64,000 bases of DNA from Vulcanimicrobiota bacterium (GTDB taxonomy: Bacteria > Vulcanimicrobiota > Vulcanimicrobiia > Vulcanimicrobiales > Vulcanimicrobiaceae): positions 640,001 to 704,000 of the forward strand of contig CAVZQC010000002.1 of the NCBI GenBank assembly GCA_963777315.1, given 5' to 3'. Of this stretch, positions 60,739 to 64,000 are shown in pieces. Numbering within the stretch: position 1 is the stretch's first letter; each line of letters starts with the position of its first letter. Under the pieces are notes generated by a model. That model made no database searches. It was not told the origin of the DNA and was given only the letters and a program-made list of their open reading frames with translations. A program made the position numbers and the translations under genes.

Positions 60739-60885
60739 TCAATGGATGAAGCCCGCGGCGAGCAATCCGCCGACGATGCTGAAGGCAAAGACGAAGATGA
60801 AGATCCATACGCCCATTCGTAAAAGCGCTTGGCGCCTGCGCCGCGCGGACTGAGTTTCATATTTTACTTTGGGACGCCGGCTCAC
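60739..60885 (-). CDS. Small single-pass membrane protein (48 aa)
   Basis: GTGA overlap with the rsfS stop; basic N-terminus plus GVWIFIFVFAFSIVGGLL. Confidence 0.65.
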   Translation of the reverse strand: MSRRPKVKYETQSARRRRQALLRMGVWIFIFVFAFSIVGGLLAAGFIH

Positions 60886-61229
60886 GAAGTTTGCGCCTGC
60901 CGTTCGGGCATCGGCGACCACAACCGTTCCAGATTGTAGAACGCACGCTGCTCGGGGGTGAAAACATGGACGACCACGTGCCCGAGATCCAGCAGGATCC
61001 AGTTGCCGTCGGCGTAGCCCTCCACGCGCGCGACGCGCAGGCCGGCTGCTTTAACGTTCTCGGCAATGTTGTCCGCGATCGATCGCGTCTGTACTTTCGA
61101 TCGTCCGGTGACGATGACGAAGCGATCGGCCAGGATCGTTCGTCCGGCGACGTCGATCTCTGCAACGTCTTCCGCTTTTTTGTCCTGCGCGGCCGCGCGC
61201 ACGATTTCAAGAATGTCCGGCAGTGCCAA
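60882..61229 (-). CDS. rsfS: Ribosome silencing factor
   Basis: DKKAED, DRFVIVTGRS, WILLDLG, FYNLERLW; start approximate. Confidence 0.95.
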   Translation of the reverse strand: MALPDILEIVRAAAQDKKAEDVAEIDVAGRTILADRFVIVTGRSKVQTRSIADNIAENVKAAGLRVARVEGYADGNWILLDLGHVVVHVFTPEQRAFYNLERLWSPMPERQAQTS

Positions 61230-61806
61230 CCTCCAGTGCATCGGCCCTCAGGCTGAACGCTTTCATCGCCGCGGCGGTCTGCGGCGCGAGAGCCAGATGC
61301 CTCCCGGTGAGATACCGCAGCGACGAGGCAATCGTTGCACGCATCGCTGCGGTGAGGTCCTTGAACGCCAGCTCGGCCAGCTCGGCGCGCTCGGCATACC
61401 GCCGCCCCGGCTCCAAACTGTCGGCAAGATACAGAACGCAATCGAGCGTCGACATGTCGGCGTCTGCCAGCGTATGCTTGGCGATGGCGCTCAGTATCCG
61501 GGCGTCCGTTACGCCGAAGCGTTCCTGCGCCAGCCGCGCGGACAGCGGAGCGTGCAGCACGATGGGATGCGCGCTCGCGTAGTCGTCGATGGGGATGCCG
61601 CGCAGCCGGCTTTCGTTCAGCAGCCGTTCGGGAGCATACAGCCGTGAAAGATCGTGCAGCATTCCGGCGATTCGGGCTGCGGTCGAGCAGGCGCCGTGCG
61701 CGTGTGCCAGCTTCTCGGCCATCCGGGCGACGCGCACGCAATGGGCGTAGCGGTGCTCCTGGCCAAGTTCGGATCGAACGCGCCGGCTCAGCTGCGCAAA
61801 CGTCAT
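61207..61806 (-). CDS. yqeK: Ap4A hydrolase (HD family)
   Basis: RYAHCVRV, LHD, LHA, HT, YLADSLEPGR; upstream of rsfS. Confidence 0.92.
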   Translation of the reverse strand: MTFAQLSRRVRSELGQEHRYAHCVRVARMAEKLAHAHGACSTAARIAGMLHDLSRLYAPERLLNESRLRGIPIDDYASAHPIVLHAPLSARLAQERFGVTDARILSAIAKHTLADADMSTLDCVLYLADSLEPGRRYAERAELAELAFKDLTAAMRATIASSLRYLTGRHLALAPQTAAAMKAFSLRADALEVGTAGHS

Positions 61807-62339
61807 CCAAAGAGCGCCGCGCGCAGCGCGCGCAGCCGGTTTTTGTAAATCTCGCTCTTGAGATTGCCCGCCCACATGACCAGCGCGTTTTCATTGTTGT
61901 CGCTGTAGTACGCTTTACGCGTCGACACCGTAGTAAATCCGTACTTGCGGTATAGGGCCTGCGCTACCGCGTTGCTCTCGCGCACCTCGAGCGTCATCCA
62001 CGATGCACCCCGCTCGATGGCCCGGTCCAGCAAATGCAACAAGAGTTGTTCGCCGTACTTGCGGCCGCGAGCTTCGCGGCAAACCGCTATCGTCGTGATG
62101 TGCGAGTCTTCCAAGATCACCCAGATGCCGCCGTAAGCGATGATGCTATCGCCCAAGCGTCCGACGTAATAATGGGCCAGTTTGTTTTCGTGCAGTTCTT
62201 GGTAGAAGGCGTTCGACGGCCATGTCGTCGAGAATGACTGCTGTTCGATGCGCAGCACGTCTTTGACGTCCGCATCGGACATCGTCGTAATGGTCAGCGG
62301 CGCCTCGCCGGTATGTTCGGGTCTGGGCTCGACCTTCAT
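61803..62339 (-). CDS. rimI: Protein N-acetyltransferase RimI
   Basis: HITTIAV, RGRKYG, TLEVRESN, RKAYYSD. Confidence 0.93.
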   Translation of the reverse strand: MKVEPRPEHTGEAPLTITTMSDADVKDVLRIEQQSFSTTWPSNAFYQELHENKLAHYYVGRLGDSIIAYGGIWVILEDSHITTIAVCREARGRKYGEQLLLHLLDRAIERGASWMTLEVRESNAVAQALYRKYGFTTVSTRKAYYSDNNENALVMWAGNLKSEIYKNRLRALRAALFG

Positions 62340-63025
62340 CGAGTGCGCTTCCTTGCCGAGGGATTCGGGACCGTCACTGCGGGCAGCTCGCCGTAATCCG
62401 CTTTCACCGCGTGCAGGCTTTTCGCAGGCTCGCGCGCAGCCGCAAGGCTCGCGATGGCCAATGCGATCGGTTCGGTGCCGCGGTCGAGCATGTGCACGTG
62501 AATTCGGCGTTCGCCAAGCGCCGCAAGCACGTCCTCCGCAGCGCCGACAACGCCGGCTTGGCGGGAGCGAAGCTCGCCTTCCAAGGCGTCGAGCACCTGC
62601 GCGATATAGCCCGATTCGCGGCGTTCGAGCGCGCCGTCCCGCAGCCGCGCCGAGATGACGCCGGCCCGTCCCCGCACCACGGCGAGCACCGGACCTGCAA
62701 TACCGTCGGGCAAGCCGGCTTCGAGTGCATCGAATGAATTGACGCCCACGAGCGGTATCCCCCAGCCAAGCGCGAGCGACTTGGCGTAGCTGACGGCGAT
62801 GCGCACGCCGGTGAAGCTGCCGGGACCCACGCCCACGCCCAGACGGTCGGGCCGCGCGCCCTGCAGGCGACTTGCGGCCAGCACCGTCCTGACGGCCTGC
62901 AGACCTTGCTCCAGTGCGACTTGGCCGTCGACTCGCTCGCGCGCCAGAGGCTCGCCGTTGCGTGTGACGGCGGCCGAAAAGCCGCCCAGGGCGGCGTCGA
63001 TTCCAAGGACGATCACGTGCCGCAT
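62336..63025 (-). CDS. tsaB: tRNA t6A synthesis protein TsaB
   Basis: LGID, GPGSFTGVRI; lies between tsaE and rimI. Confidence 0.92.
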   Translation of the reverse strand: MRHVIVLGIDAALGGFSAAVTRNGEPLARERVDGQVALEQGLQAVRTVLAASRLQGARPDRLGVGVGPGSFTGVRIAVSYAKSLALGWGIPLVGVNSFDALEAGLPDGIAGPVLAVVRGRAGVISARLRDGALERRESGYIAQVLDALEGELRSRQAGVVGAAEDVLAALGERRIHVHMLDRGTEPIALAIASLAAAREPAKSLHAVKADYGELPAVTVPNPSARKRTR

Positions 63026-63466
63026 TCCCGGGTGTGCCGAACGGTCACGCGCCTGGCCAGCGCGCCCATTCCGTCGATCGCAACTTCATACCGATCCGGC
63101 GGGAGCAACGCGGGTGCGTTGTCCCACCATTCGACCAAAACGATCGACTCGCCCGTGAACGCTTCCTCGAGGCCGAGTTCGTCGAGATCGCGCGGTTCGT
63201 CGATACGATACAAGTCGAGGTGATCGATGGGCGGTTCACCCGCCTCGCGGACCGCGCCTTGCGCACCGTAGCGATGCCAAAACGTGAACGTCGGGCTGGA
63301 CGCGAGATCGCTGCCCAGGCGCTCGGCCACCACCGCTTTGACGAACGTCGTTTTCCCGGCGCCCAGCGGTCCCGACAGCGCCACGACGTCGCCGGCGCAC
63401 AGCGTGCGCGCGAATTCGAGCTGCGAACGAACGAAACTCTTGCTCGCTATAAAATGTTCGATGCAT
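63013..63466 (-). CDS. tsaE: tRNA t6A ATPase TsaE (one +1 frameshift near 63418)
   Basis: MHRTFYSEQEFRSFAA|EFARTL...GPLGAGKTT, SSPTF, HLDLYR, VEW. Confidence 0.9.
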
Positions 63467-63509
63467 CGGTTCGGCGAAGCACGCGTGGTGAAAACAGCGG
63501 TGTTCTGCG

Positions 63510-64000
<491 letters not shown>

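Noticed and set aside
60840..60860. Frameshifted ATG start for the small membrane protein
   Set aside because: An in-frame GTG at 60885 overlapping the rsfS stop explains the ORF without an indel.

Overview
GC-rich bacterial chromosomal window, mostly housekeeping and secreted-hydrolase genes. A secretin indicates a diderm host; the gene content is reminiscent of Eremiobacterota/WPS-2, which I cannot verify. In order: part of a Tad/Flp pilus locus (cpaB 5' end, secretin, Flp pilin, three large Tad minor pilins, a membrane-anchored accessory gene); ABC-2 exporter; pepP; nadABC; a peroxiredoxin/redoxin pair and hemerythrin; HU with a basic tail; GH20 and GH31; a YciI + ECF42-type sigma pair with a matching promoter; a cupredoxin-metallophosphoesterase-ECF-anti-sigma-S9 peptidase run; a TetR gene divergent from a two-domain cupredoxin; then comEC, an NDP-sugar epimerase, O-methyltransferase, leuS, comEA, acyl-CoA ligase, two S10 peptidases, a BNR/VPS10 protein, an MsrPQ-like fusion, a TPP enzyme, rsfS, yqeK, rimI, tsaB, tsaE and the start of gyrA. 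Two things stand out. (1) At 33.6-41.0 kb there are two tandem cassettes, each bounded by the 3' end of the same hypothetical gene and the 3' end of comEC. They carry different, largely fragmented cargo and no recombinase. (2) Seven +1 frameshifts, including in essential gyrA and tsaE, are not in homopolymers, and six lie in or beside AGCT. This suggests base-calling errors at a modified DNA motif rather than real pseudogenes. No rRNA, tRNA, CRISPR array, transposase or integrase was seen.
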